Source: an uncultured bacterium (GTDB lineage: Bacteria; Acidobacteriota; HRBIN11; JAKEFK01). Taken from it: a DNA stretch of 64,000 nt. Shown here in pieces: positions 1 to 12,606 of this stretch. Position 1 is the stretch's first letter. Each line of letters opens with the position of its first letter. Position numbers and translations under genes: made by a program. The notes beneath the pieces are model-generated. The model had not been told where the DNA came from. It worked only from the letters and a program-made list of their open reading frames with translations, and ran no database searches. The stretch covers positions 352,001-416,000 of the forward strand of contig CAVZQN010000004.1 in assembly GCA_963777505.1 (NCBI GenBank), read 5' to 3'.

Positions 1-183
1 TGGTGTCGAGTTGGGACAAATTGCATTCGTTTTGCTCTATCTTTTATTTCTTCGTTGTCTCAAAGTTTTACAAGTTCCCGCACCTCGCTGGGCTCAATCA
101 ATTCCAGCGTATGTAATTGGATCACTCGGGGCTTACTGGACAATCGTCTATATCACAAAATTTTTTACGTCCGGAGGTTCGAT

Positions 184-786
184 GTGATATTCCCACATTC
201 GAATTGGAAACAGCTGCTCCTTCTTCTTGCATTGATTGCAATTCCTCGTTTTGCTTTTGCGCATGTTGAAGGTGGAAATGCTGCCGGGTTTGTTTCAGGA
301 TTCACACATCCGATTTCAGGTTGGGATCATATTGTTGCAATGATCGCAGTTGGGTTATGGGGTGCACAATACGGTGCACCAGCAATTTGGGTTTTGCCTG
401 TTGCGTTTCCAATGATGATGGCTTTTGGAGGTCTACTTGGCCTTATTGGAGTTCCACTGCCGGCCGTAGAAATTGGAATTGGAGCTTCCGCACTTGTGTT
501 GGGCATAATGGTCGCTTTTGAACTGAAGCCTCCTTTATATATATGCATATTGATTGTTGCAATCTTTGCGATATTTCATGGATACGCGCACGGCGCAGAA
601 CTAGCGCCAGGGACCAACCCGATTAGTTACAGCTTGGGCTTTGTAGTATCCACAGGATGTCTTCATGGCATTGGGATTTTGATCGGACTGATCCATCAAT
701 GGCAGTTCGGCAGACACGCAGTACGTTTTGCCGGCGGCATCATTGCAGCCGCAGGAGCATACTTTGTTTGGAAAGCGTTACTTTAA
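184..786 (+). CDS. HupE/UreJ family nickel/cobalt transporter
   Basis: Signal peptide ending AFA-H, then GFTHPISGWDHIVAMIAVGLW and FAIFHGYAHGAE motifs; GGAGG at 173-177 before GTG 184 (ORF track starts at 55). Confidence 0.92.
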   Translation: MIFPHSNWKQLLLLLALIAIPRFAFAHVEGGNAAGFVSGFTHPISGWDHIVAMIAVGLWGAQYGAPAIWVLPVAFPMMMAFGGLLGLIGVPLPAVEIGIGASALVLGIMVAFELKPPLYICILIVAIFAIFHGYAHGAELAPGTNPISYSLGFVVSTGCLHGIGILIGLIHQWQFGRHAVRFAGGIIAAAGAYFVWKALL

Positions 787-802
787 TCGACTGAGTCTGC
801 AT

Positions 803-876
803 GTAGAGGCGGGTCTTAGACCCGCCCGCCCGAAAATCTGTAGCTTTATTCGTGCGGGTCTTAGATCTTCCCCTAC
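803..876. repeat. GTAG-type REP doublet (REPIN-like)
   Basis: GTAG-A-GGCGGGTCT-T-AGACCCGCC hairpin (803-826) and a degenerate inverted copy GCGGGTCTTAGATCTTCCCCTAC (854-876) ending in CTAC. Confidence 0.65.
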
Positions 877-877
877 A

Positions 878-1444
878 GTGATCTTTTTATTATTCTTTCA
901 CCAAATCGCTGATGCACATCTGGTTTCAACAGGAGCAGGGCCTTTTTACGATGGTTCAGCACATTTCTTTCTAACCTATGAAGAGCTTTTACCGGTTATA
1001 GCCCTTTCTTTATTTGCTGGATTACGCGGAGCACGAAATGGAAGATGGCTCATTGCTGTACTGCCTGTTGCATGGATCGCAGGTGGATTGACCGGATTAT
1101 ACTTTCCAAAACTTGTTTTACCATCTGTACTCAATACCGTGCTGTTATTGTTAATACCCGGCGTACTCCTCGCGTTCGATTGGAATCTGCCATTCAAAGC
1201 GGTGCTAACCATCACTTCTCTTCTTATATTTTTTCTCGGCTTTTCAAATGGAATCGCTTTTTCTGAAGAAACAAGAATTCTAGGAGTTTTAGGCTCCGCC
1301 AGCGCGGCATTGATTGTTGCAGTATTTAGCGCCGCGTTAGCAATCGTATTAAGCAGCGGTTGGACACGGATTGCGATTCGTGTGGCCGGAAGCTGGCTAA
1401 CAGCCCTCGGTCTGCTTGCTCTAGGCTGGTCGCTGCGAAATTGA
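878..1444 (+). CDS. Second, divergent HupE/UreJ family membrane protein
   Basis: ADAHLVSTGAGPFYDG..HFF N-terminus and IRVAGSWL C-terminus; hydrophobic; start uncertain (ORF open from 728, in-frame GTG at 878). Confidence 0.8.
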   Translation: MIFLLFFHQIADAHLVSTGAGPFYDGSAHFFLTYEELLPVIALSLFAGLRGARNGRWLIAVLPVAWIAGGLTGLYFPKLVLPSVLNTVLLLLIPGVLLAFDWNLPFKAVLTITSLLIFFLGFSNGIAFSEETRILGVLGSASAALIVAVFSAALAIVLSSGWTRIAIRVAGSWLTALGLLALGWSLRN

Positions 1445-2272
1445 TTAGCGCTAAGTTGTTACTTTGTTTCTCCCCTTCGCACTCACCATTTCTTTTTAAC
1501 ACCGTGAGTGATCTTTACACTTCAACTCCCGGGTCATTGTTCTTGTGAGCAGAGAATAAAAGTAAATTCTGAAGGGATTTCCGCGAGGTGTTATGAAGTC
1601 GCTAAGTTCCTTCTTCCTCCGTTTGTGATTAACCGAACATAGAGATTGACTTAAGTTCATTGTTCATCGGTTAATTTCAGACCTGGATCCTGCGAGGATT
1701 TCGATTTTTGCGACTTCCGATAGCGGATATATCGTATTTGGTACCGGGTTCTTACACCGTTTATAGTATCGTAAAATTGGATTCTGAAGGATCGGTGTCA
1801 GGTTGTGAATCGTATTACAGGCTTCAGTTTGGCTCAACCACCAATACTCCTTTCGGCCCATTCAAGTTCGCCGCGGTCAATGTAGTATCCAATCAGTTGT
1901 CACTGAATCCGTTTGTACTTGGACTGAGTTCTGCTGTGACACAACATTTCATTACAACCATTTGTCCTTAAAGATTTTTACAGATTCATGAAGCCGGTGA
2001 ATATCATGCTAGCGGGAGGGCTATTAATAGGTTCGTAAATCCTGGACATTGTCGAATCATGGACTTACAAACGAAAAACAAGATACAATACTAATATCAA
2101 CCTAAAAAGGCCTTTGAACCATCCAATTAGGCTGGAAAGCAACAACAGCGTGATAATTTAACTCCTGGATGGTCATCCGTTCACACTGGAAGTTAAGGGG
2201 ACCATTAAGCTGAAAAAGCCAATCCTGTTTCTACCGAAATTTCTTTACTGCACCTTTTGCTTCGTTATCCTC

Positions 2273-4864
2273 TTGTGTAGTACATCAGCATTTGCGCAAA
2301 AACAGTTTGGAACTGCTCAGGGAACCGTCTATGATGCGGAAGGGCAGCCGATTCCAGGCGTCAGTGTAGTGGCATCCAGTGAGTTGTGGGGAAGCACAGA
2401 TGTAAATACGGATAAGAGTGGACGTTACCGGATCGACTCTTTGATCCCGGGTACCTATAAACTGGAAGCTCGGTTGGCAGGATTTGAGTCTGTGGTGAAA
2501 GAAAACGTCCGAATCTCGGTCGGTAGCGTAAGCACTGTCGACTTCGTGCTTGAGCTGGAAAAGGTTGCGGAAACTCTAACAGTTCAGAGTGAAACTCCGC
2601 TGATTGATTTCACCACGACCGCTGTCTCGTACACAATTCCACCTGAAATCATTCAGGGTCTGCCAGCCACGAGACTTCAGGTCATTACTCGCGCTTACCC
2701 CTGGTGTTGGGGATGATGGCGTTGCTTATGGAGGTTCGCCAAATACCTCCAATCGCATCTGGATTGATGGTGTAGATATAAGTAATGCTGCAAACGGAGG
2801 ACTCTTCCTCACAACACGTTATCCTTACAATTGGATTGAAGAAGTTCAGGTTGTGGGGAATGGTGCGCCGGCAGAATACGGCAATTACTCCGGCGTAATT
2901 GGAAATTTCGTGACACGCTCGGGCGGCAATCAGTTCCATGGCTTACTGGAAACATTCTTCGAGAATGAAAATCTCGTCAGCACAAATATGCCGGATCCAG
3001 GTCGGGAACTTCCGTTCAAATCATGGGATCTGGGCGCTCAAATCGGCGGCCCCATACTTCGTGATAAGCTGTGGTTCTTTTCCGGCCTTCAATATTCGTC
3101 CATACAGACCACACCCTTTGGATATGACGGGGTCACGACAGATGAATTCTCCCAACTTCATTACCAAGCTAACTTACAAGCCGAATCAAAAGAACACGAT
3201 TCAAGGATTCGGTAAATTCAGCAATGGGCGGATCGACGGAAGTGGCGCAGGCTTTGGGGTTTTGCCGGAAACGACTACTGTAGATACCTGTGATGAGAGT
3301 AGTTGGAATGCGACATGGATTTCTCTTTTGACAGCAGCGACAACATTGGAAGGTCGCTTTGGAGGTTATTGGGCGAAGTGCGATTTTCTTCCTCGGAACG
3401 GGGATGTCGCAGCACCACTTCAACATGGATACAGGCGTTTGGTCAGGAAATGCGCCCAATACCATCAGACTCCGCAGATTTCGCCCACAGGGTAATTTTG
3501 CGTTAACCCATTATGCACAGGATTATTTGGGAAATCATGAGTTCAAGTTTGGAGTACAGTTTCAAACCTCCAGCGTGCGCGATGAGCACTCCATTAACGG
3601 CGGATTTATACCTATAGTTACTATGATAGTTCGATGGCATATCCATCAATTGGCGCTTATTCCTACCTTCAGAACACGAACAAATTTAATGGTGACATTG
3701 ACCAGATCAGTCTGTATGTCCATGATACGTGGAATCTGAATGGTCACTTCGCGTTGAGTCTAGGCTTACGGTGGGATCACAACCGGGGAAGTACCGACCG
3801 CGGAGTTGTTAGTTCCACCGATCCGGTTGCACCGCGAATCGGGGCAATCTGGACGATTCGCGAGAATAAGCCGATCGTGATCAAAGCTCATTACGGTGAC
3901 TACTATGATGCTCTCCTCACCCGGCAGTTCGTTTTTTTGTCGGATCAACAGTTTGGTTATCAGTGGGATGACTTCGATAACATTACACAGCAATGGCTTA
4001 ACGAACGAATCCGCGAGCAAAATGTATATTTTTCCGCACCTGACAACAAACATCCATTTGTACGGCAGTTCACGGTTGGCATGGATCAGGAGTTGCCTGC
4101 CGGGATTGCAGCAGGCGTCCATTACATCTATCGCAAGTGGCACAACATCCTGGGAAGACGTAGAAATGAATCCCGACTACGAACCTGTTCCTTTTAGGAA
4201 TCCTGTAACCGGGGAAATCGATCACGGTTTATAGTCGGCCGGCGAGCAGTGTAAGGTACACGCTTCTGACGAATCCCGAGGGGCTTTATCGCAGGTATGA
4301 CGGATTAGAGGTCTATCTGAATCGGCGATTCCTGAATAATCTTGCGCTTTCCGCTTCTTTTGTCTATTCGAAGACCCGAGGCAATATTCCGAATTCGCGT
4401 GAGAGTTTTTTAATTCCGGTTACTACGAAATTCTAAATGATCCAAACAGCCTCATCAATTTTACAGGGCATCTCGTCAATGATCCGGCTTTTGCCTGGAA
4501 GTTTTCAGGTATATATGACCTTCCATACGGGCTGAATCTCGGCTTTTTTTTCCGGCACCAAAGCGGCGACACGTGGGAGCCGCTGGTGGACCTTATGGGA
4601 AGTTGTGAATCAGGGAGGCGTGATTTTCGGTCTTCCACGTGGCTCGTTCAGATTGCCTTCCACAAAATATACTGGACCTGCGGATCGAGAAGCAATTTGA
4701 AATGTTCAGCGGACAATTCCGTCTTACCGCTGACATCTTCAACGTAATGAATGCGGCATATGTCACCAGCGTGGAACCCGTGGTGGGGATACGATTACTA
4801 CGGTCAGCCAACTTCATTTGTCGATCCCCGCAGAATCCGACTGGGTTTGCGTTACACGTTTTAG
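2273..4864 (+). CDS. TonB-dependent receptor with N-terminal carboxypeptidase-regulatory-like domain (Oar-like), broken by several frameshifts
   Basis: Fragments GTVYDAEGQPIPGV, IEEVQV..GAPAEYGNYSG, GGPILRDKLWFF, LSLGLRWD, LDLRIEK and a terminal LGLRYTF-stop at 4864; spread over six or more frames. Confidence 0.88.
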
Positions 4865-4895
4865 TAGATTCACCACAGAGCCACGAATCACGGAG

Positions 4896-7787
4896 TTATT
4901 TTTTCAGCAGCGACTTCCAGTTCAGCAGGACGGTGATTTCGACCGGTGCTGTATTTTCAATCATTGTGTTGATCAGGAAGCGCTGACCGTTAGATCCAAC
5001 GAAATACTGTCTGCGGCTCACCATGGCCAGTCGTGTTGATTCTGGGCTCAGCGTGCGTTTGAAAAAGCAATCTTCCGGGTCCTGCTTCGAATGTTTGTCC
5101 AGTTTTCACTTCGGTTGCCATCAATTTTTTGTCCAGCGTCAAGTAAAAAAGTTCCTTTCCATCGCGACGCCACGTCGGCTGCTCAGCGCCTACGGTTGAG
5201 ATCTGCCACTTGCCTCCCGCCTATCGTAGGAAAACTCCTTACGTAGATCTCGGGCTGTCCTGTTTCATCCGATTCATACGCTATCCATTTCCCATCGGGA
5301 GAAAACCTCGCATTATCTTCGCGCGCACTCCGTTTCTAAGTAGGGAAAAGGTTTACGATCTCCGAAAAGAGGCACCACCCACAGATCATATTGCGTATTT
5401 GGATTGGAGCGAGTGAAAATAATGAATCTGCCATCAGCGGACCAACTCATGTTACGTACCCAGTCTGTGGTAACTTTTGGATCAAATAGAAGTTCTGCAT
5501 TGCCCGTCCCGTTCGAAAGCCTTTGATATAACTTGTCAGTGCTCTGATCAGCATAGACCACGTGGCTTCCATCCGGCGAAAACGCCGTATTACTTGTCAT
5601 CAGTAATCGCAAAGCGAACGAAAGAGCCTTTTAACAGATCAACCATCCATATTCTGCCATTCGTAAATTGTCAGCAAGCGTTTTTCGTCTGAAGACATAT
5701 CAGTAAAGTCATAAAAACCTGGATTTCCAAGGGAGAGATAGCTGATTTCCCGATCGATCAAACCAGACAGGCTGAGCATTCCATACTCGGCCGCCTCCTA
5801 CCGTAAACGAGCACATTGTTCTCTGACACGGAAAATATTGGGCCCACTACCCATGATGACTCCACATTGTCGGCAATCGGCGTCGCTTCACCGGTGAACT
5901 CAAGACGGTTAGTATTGAAGGGCTGGATCATCAATTTTTCATTAGAAACGAAAAGCCCGTATCCAGGTTCGACATATTCAACCGGTGTTGCTTCGGAGAA
6001 AAGCCGCTTCTTCTCTTTAGAGTCCAGAGAACCAACGTACAGACCTCCGAAATCAGGATCTGCTGGCTACTAATGATGTAAAAGAAGTGGCGTCCGTCCG
6101 GCAGAAAATGAGGAAAACGATGTGTTTCATCGTGCGCGAGATCGGGTTCCGTCACGGGAGTTGCTTCGCCACCGCCGGCCCGTATTCGATAAAGCCCGCC
6201 ACTCATTGTTGGGTGCAAAAAGTATTTCTCCGTATTGATTCCATGCACCGCCTTTAGGAATGTCTACTTCGTATAGAGATTGCGGCGGGCCCTGCTCCAA
6301 TTGTCAGTGTCTTTAACCTATCCTGCGCAAAGAAACCGATCGACCGGCTGTCAGGTGACCAGAACGGGAAAGATGCATCCTCTGTTCCGGGAACCTCTTC
6401 CGATTTTGTTGAATCCAGCGAGCGTAACCAAAGTTTACTCAATCCGGTGGGAGCATTCACTACGTAAGCCAACCGTCGCCCATCAGGAGAAATGGCCATG
6501 GTATTCAGGATCGAATGTTCAGGAAGTACGATCGAAAGTCTTCGCACATCGGGATTGTTCTGTGGAATGTTTTTTCCGCTGGATCGAAAAAGCAACACCG
6601 CAAGAACCAGTGTGGCTAGAAAAAAGAAAGCAGAAATAATCCATGCTGGTTGGATTGGTTTCTCTGCACGTAATGCTGCGACGGAAGAGTCCGAAGCTGA
6701 TGACAACGATTCGAGAGCAAATGCCAGATCCCTTGTGGACTGGAAACGATGGTCAGGATCTTTTTCAAGGCAACGCCGCACAATTCGTTCTAATCCAGCC
6801 GGCACTTTCGGATTGATCTGTAAGAATTCAGACGGATCTGTTTTGAGAATCGCATGCATGATTTCAATTTGAGACTCGCCACTAAAGGGACGTTTACCGG
6901 ACAGCATTTCATAAAGAACTGCTCCAAAGGCAAAAATGTCGGACCGATGATCCACCTTTAAACCGCGCACCTGTTCGGGAGACATGTAGACGATTGTTCC
7001 AACAATCGACTCCCGTATCAGTTTGGTGATTCATGATTGCCCAAGGTTGCAGACGGAGCTCAGATGACACCTCCGGATGAATTAGTTTCGCCAGTCCGAA
7101 ATCCAGAATCTTTACGCGTCCTTCCTTTGTGATGAAGATGATTTCCGGGTTTCAAATCGCGATGAATGATTCCTTTCTCGTGAGCAGCCGAAAGACCTTT
7201 TGCAATTTGCAAGCGCATAATCGATCGCTTTTCGAACCGGAAGTGGAGTGCCCCTTCAGTTTTTGGTCGTAGCACTTCACCCTGCAGTAGTTCTGATACT
7301 AAGTAAGGAGATCCGTTCTTGGATCCTGTATCATAAATCGCGACAATATTGGGATGATTGAGACATACCAACGGCGCGCGCTTCTTGTTCGAAACGTCTC
7401 ACGCGATCGGGATCCTGAGAATAGTGAGGAGGCAGTATTTTGACTCGCAACTTCTCGTCCGATCCGCGGATCGTCGCACGATATACTTCCCCCATTCCAC
7501 CAGCGCCTAGCAGGCGACAAAATCTTATACGGACCGATCGATTCACCAGGAGATAATCTGGATGCGGAGGACCTGCCAGAAATTCTGATGCTACCTGCAA
7601 CGCTGGTGAATCCGATAAGCTGTCTTCTTGCCTGTCGGAAGTCAAGCAGCGTTTCTACTTCTTTTCGTAGAGCTTCATCACCGGCGCAGGCTTCATCCAG
7701 GAACACGGCCCGTTTGTCCGGATCATCGATATCCAGTACTGCTGCCAGCAGCTCATCTATTTGTTTCCATCTCTCAGGATTCATCAT
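4896..7787 (-). CDS. Hanks-type Ser/Thr protein kinase with TM helix and C-terminal TolB/PD40-like beta-propeller, frameshifted
   Basis: MNPERWKQIDELL N-terminus, LGAGGMGEVYRA, HRDLKP, MSPEQVRG..DHRSDIFAFG, SPDGRRLAY and WSPDSR repeats, C-terminal VLLNWKSLLKK-stop. Confidence 0.9.
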
Positions 7788-7788
7788 G

Positions 7789-8359
7789 TTACTTTTGCAG
7801 TTCTCGGTGAAGCCAGGCTTTTGCTTTGCGCCATTCACGGCGAATTGTGCGTGATGAAACCTTCTCGAACTACTGCGACTCTCCTCAAAATTCAGTCCGC
7901 AAAAAATTTTCATCTCAACAATGCGGCTCTTCTGTGGATCAATCTCCGCCAAGCCCTCTTAATGCGTCATCAAGCACTATGAATTCTGCTGCTTTGTCCA
8001 TGGAGACAACTGCAGTTTCGTCCAACGAAACCTTGTTACATGCTACCACCTCGTTTTCCCCGCATGCGAGTCCGCGCATGATCCACCAGAATGCGACGCA
8101 TCAGTTGAGATGCAATACCGAAGAAGTGAGCTCGATTTTGCCATCGAACATTCTTCTGATCCACAAGTTTCAGGTAGGCTTCGTTTACCAGCCCGGATGT
8201 TTGAAGTGTATGACCTGGGCTCTCATGCCGCATATGGCGTGCTGCCATTCGATGTAACTCTTGATAAACAAGCGGGATCAAACTTTTCAGTGCTTCCTCA
8301 TCGCCATTGCTCCATGCGATAAGAAATTCAGAAACTCACTTCGACGAAGTTGTTTTCAT
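7789..8359 (-). CDS. ECF sigma-70 factor of the kinase-associated (TIGR02999-like) type, frameshifted
   Basis: [62 protein letters not shown]; directly upstream of the kinase. Confidence 0.9.
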
Positions 8360-8555
8360 GCGTTGCGGATCAGATGACAATGCAGTTCTAGCATCATTAT
8401 ACCTCGTACTTTTACCCGCGATTGAATGTTGGTATGTCCGCTTTTGCCCGCAATAGACGCGTTCATAGATGACAACTCAAAATCCGAACCAAAGTCATCC
8501 AGAAAGGAGAGCCGAGAAATGAGAATACAAAATTGAATTTAGGTCATTCCAAAAC

Positions 8556-9915
8556 ATGAAAAACCATCATTTATCTCTATTGGCAATCGCTGTAACCAGC
8601 GTGATGTTGTGCTGTCTTCATCCAATTCGATGCGGCGGAGCCCAAGCGAGAGATCAATGTCAGCACAGTTGACCAGTTATATGCAGCTGTGAACAACCAC
8701 GCAAATGACGGCACCACAATCCATCTCGCGCCGGGAACATATATATTGTCGGCCACAAACTCAGAAGGCGTGGCACGACCAAGTCACGGTGCGCTTCGGT
8801 TACGTCCCGGAATGTCACTGGTGGGCTCTGAGCAGCGGACTGATTACAACTTCGATGGTGTACCCGATCCGCCGGATCCCAATGATCCGGACATTTTCGC
8901 AGTCTCTGGGACTGAGACAAAGATCGATGGGTCGTTTCTGACTTTACCAGAGAAAGTACGCACGAATTGCGCAAGCACGTCCACCAAGTTTATCGAACCA
9001 GTGATTGCAATCAATCGAGATGTTTCAATTTCATCACTGTATCTATATGGTGAAAACAACATCGCGATTGGAGAGCCAGAAAATCCTATTGATTCCGTAG
9101 AGAGTTACTCAGTAACGATCCAGAACACGGTACTCGACAGTTTTTTAATCCCCTTGACTTTCGCGAATGCTGGCTGCGAAAGGAGCCATGCGCGTTCGAC
9201 TTTGATCTTCTCTCACAACGTGCTTCGAAATGGCGGCTTTTTCGGCCTTACCTTGTTCAACTTCATCACCGGCACGGACGCTGACGACACCTCGAATGGT
9301 CCCCAAATTAACGCGACCATCTCATTTAATCTTTTCTACAACAACCCAGGCACAGCATTTGGCCCGCGAGGTGGCAATATAGGCACTGATGGCGGTTTGA
9401 CTACGGTCGCAATGACCGGCAACATATTCCGGAATAATGGCAGGAACATTTTAGGAATTGGTGGCGGTGGAGGCAGGCCTGCACTGAGCGCATCAGTCGG
9501 AAACCGCCTTCAGCTGACCTCACGTTTCGACACCTTCGGTGAATCGTCATCAGGGGATTCGAGCATAGTCTTAATAGCTGGCGCACCAAGTAATATTGAG
9601 ACGCAACATAGTCAGCTTAATGTTCGGTTCTTTAACACTAGCTTCATAAGGGACACACCGGCAAATCCCGACAGCCCGGACATCTTTATCCTGGGTGGTG
9701 AAAGCAGCTCCGACAATCATGCCTGGGTGTTGATCCGCAAAGCCACGGTAAAAACGTCAGCGGGTGCACCCACGTTTGGGACACTAACAATCCAGCACGA
9801 AACCGTCATGGGTTCCATTCCGAATACCGCGAAACTCATGGGATCCAGAGAAGATTTCTTGCGACTGAATCAAGGGTTCCATGCACCTGCGGCTAAATAC
9901 TTTGTTAAGAAATAG
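8556..9915 (+). CDS. Secreted protein, probable right-handed beta-helix (pectin-lyase-like)
   Basis: VDQLYAAVN..TTIHLAPGTYIL start motif, Gly/Asn-rich strands; signal-peptide part (ATG 8556) is out of frame with ORF 8689-9915. Confidence 0.6.
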
Positions 9916-9929
9916 TGAAAGGAGAACTT

Positions 9930-11298
9930 ATGAATGCCATCAAAAAATTATTTCTGCTCCTGTTACTTAGTCTGTCACCGTCAATTATCTTTTCCCAAGA
10001 CAATACGTTTGTGAGAAAAGTAGAAGGAGCTGGAAGATTTCCAGGCAACAACTCAAACTGCGGATGGTGGTTATGTCACGGTAAGTTATGTTGATGAAAC
10101 AACTGTCCTTGTAAGAAGATTCAACGCTTCGGGTCAGAAAGGATGGGAACGAAGATTGGACTTGCATGTTGATACGTCTTTCCTCTACTCGTCTGCGCGC
10201 GTTAATGGAATCACTCAAACGACAGACGGAGGATTTGTCCTTGCTGGAACGGTGGGCTGTGATTACCGATGTTGGGATAACGGGTCTCCAATGTTAATCA
10301 AACTCCGATCAGATGGGACCTTTGAATGGAAGAGTCGCTTTAAGTTGGAAGGAATCCAAAGCTTCATCTTTTCTTCAGTAACTCCTATGCCTGATGGTGG
10401 AGTTATGGCAGCTGGTGTGTTCTACGCTGGAGAACATGTAACAAATCAGTTTTTCGTTGCAAGGTTTACGGCCGCAGGGAGTGTTGTCTGGGCAAAGAAG
10501 TTTGAAAATTTTCCTGACACAAACGTTTTTTTCCGACAATCCATGGTAAACACTGATAACGGACTCATTCTTGCGTTTACCACCGTAAAAAACATAAATG
10601 AACCGAACGGTGTTGATGTTTTGAAAATTACCCATTCGGGAAATGTTGATTGGGCAAAAAGACTAAAAGCCGATGGATTTACTTTTCAATCAATTGGAAG
10701 CACGTCCGACGGTGGAGTCATCCTGATCGGCACGATTGCACAATCAAACAAACTAAAGGTCATGACTCTAAAAAGCAACGGAATTCTTGATTGGAAAGCA
10801 GAATATTCGTTACGAGTCCCCGGAAAACCTTATTACGTTTCGACTCCGATACAACTGCCGAATGGTGAATATGCAATAACGGGTGGTTCTTTCGATGCAT
10901 CGACTACCCAATATCATGGTTTCATTGCGAAGATCGATTCATCTCGAAAAATCGCATTCCAGAATACTTTTGGTAACGGAGAAACGTTCGGAGAATCTGT
11001 TTTCGCTACCGCCAATGGCGGCTTTGTTTTGTTTGGCGGTATTAGTATTTATCATCAGGCCGACAATGCCATGCTTATTTTGAAAATGAATTCGGAAGGT
11101 TTGGTGCCTGCGTGCACGCTTATGGAGACCCATGAACTAGGTTCAACAACAAGCAGAGCGTTTGACTCATTGAGGATTGCAGGAGCTAGAATAAAGTCTC
11201 CCAGTCGAATCTTACTTAAGTCGCGAGAATTCGCACCAAGTTCTTCCGTTGCAACATTATCCCGATTCAACGATCTGCAATTAGTCGTTTCGATTTAG
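9930..11298 (+). CDS. Secreted beta-propeller repeat protein
   Basis: Repeats QTTDGGFVLAG / PMPDGGVMAAG / STSDGGVILIG / ATANGGFVLFG with GxxxW; AGGAG RBS before ATG 9930; frameshift before ORF 10156. Confidence 0.65.
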
Positions 11299-11311
11299 CA
11301 GGCATTCCAAA

Positions 11312-11346
11312 GGCTGATCGGCTATAAACCGTTCAGCCCCTTTTTT
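11312..11346 (+). terminator. Probable intrinsic terminator
   Basis: GGCTGATCGG..CCGTTCAGCC stem followed by TTTTTT. Confidence 0.6.
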
Positions 11347-11691
11347 ATCTGCTGGATCTTCGATTTAAGTTTCGATAACCGAAACTCGGGACAAGCCAGA
11401 AAACTGAACATAACATCAGCAATCATTGTAGGCTCAAGTCGTTGTAAAATCATCGTTTCTTCGACAAAAATGTCAGCCGTATCTTCATCGATTTTTCCTC
11501 CGGAAATCTTAGAATCAACTAAACGAAGCGCAGGCCATTCCGACCGAACTTCTACCTGGAAAGTGCTATCCGTAAAATTGCCCAGATTTTTCCCTTTAAA
11601 CCGTGATCATTACCGGCAAACTCCAGCCATCATCTGTCCGAATTCGAATGTTTTTTTGCGTTCATCACACTCAAGAGATACAATTGTGACA

Positions 11692-12438
11692 ATGCGGGGG
11701 CCTCTTATTAAAAAATTAAGACTTCAGGTTTTATTCTTAATACTCACTTTTTTTGTGTCTTCTTTTTCTTGTTTTGGATACACCGTTGTTTTGAAATCCA
11801 AAGGGACACAAATAACAGGCGATTTAATCTCTGAGGACGAACATCAACTCCGTTTACGCGACCAGAAAGGCATAATCCTCGTTTTCAAAAAAGCAATACT
11901 GGATCTTCAACAAATGGAACTTCTCAACAAGGCGTTGCCTAAAGAGCCACCGCCTGCTCAGACTCAACCTGGCGCTTCAAATGTAGCCAAGAGAAAACCT
12001 ACACTTTCGGATGCCATAGCAAAGAAAACTGGTAAGGCAAAAGTATTGAAGCTTGAAGATTTGGAAAATACACCCGAACTATCAATCATTGGCTCAGAAA
12101 AATCCAGCGAAGAAGAAACATCAAGTGAAGAAGAGGAAGCAGCCGAGGAAAAACCTGCAGACACCTCTGCAGACGAACAATACTGGCGTGATCGAATGAA
12201 ACAGCTCCGTATGCAAGTGGAAGACTTTAAAAAGAAAGCCTCTGAATCTGACATTGAGTGTGAGCGGACGGGCGGCAGAAGTTCCCAAGAGAAAGCAGGA
12301 AGTACTTATCTACCGAATACCAATTGCAAGAACGCAGATGATTTTAGAGCCCAAGCCGATGCTGTTGAAGAAGAAATTAGAAAACTTCGCTTAGAAGGTA
12401 CCGTTAAAGATCTCCCACCGGAATGGTTTCAGGAATAG
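11692..12438 (+). CDS. Hypothetical exported protein with acidic linker and C-terminal coiled coil
   Basis: Signal peptide, YTVVLKSKG..ITG, EQYWRDRM coiled coil with two Cys. Confidence 0.65.
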   Translation: MRGPLIKKLRLQVLFLILTFFVSSFSCFGYTVVLKSKGTQITGDLISEDEHQLRLRDQKGIILVFKKAILDLQQMELLNKALPKEPPPAQTQPGASNVAKRKPTLSDAIAKKTGKAKVLKLEDLENTPELSIIGSEKSSEEETSSEEEEAAEEKPADTSADEQYWRDRMKQLRMQVEDFKKKASESDIECERTGGRSSQEKAGSTYLPNTNCKNADDFRAQADAVEEEIRKLRLEGTVKDLPPEWFQE

Positions 12439-12606
12439 AAGCGGCAGTAGAATTGATTCATTTCCACCTCAGAAAACTTTTTCAGCACAAACAATAAATA
12501 ACCGATCCTGCGCTGAACGAACAATCATTGCGAGCTGATCGAAATTTCTGTACGAAACAATTACGCAAAACCTGCGATAATTGCTTTGAATCCATGGAGG
12601 TGCTTT

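Noticed and set aside
1-183. Metal or cobalamin riboswitch upstream of HupE/UreJ
   Set aside because: No recognisable conserved core; the leader is cut by the window edge.
1627-1676. Integron attC site
   Set aside because: Ends only loosely match RYYYAAC/GTTRRRY, it is too short, single, and no integrase is present.
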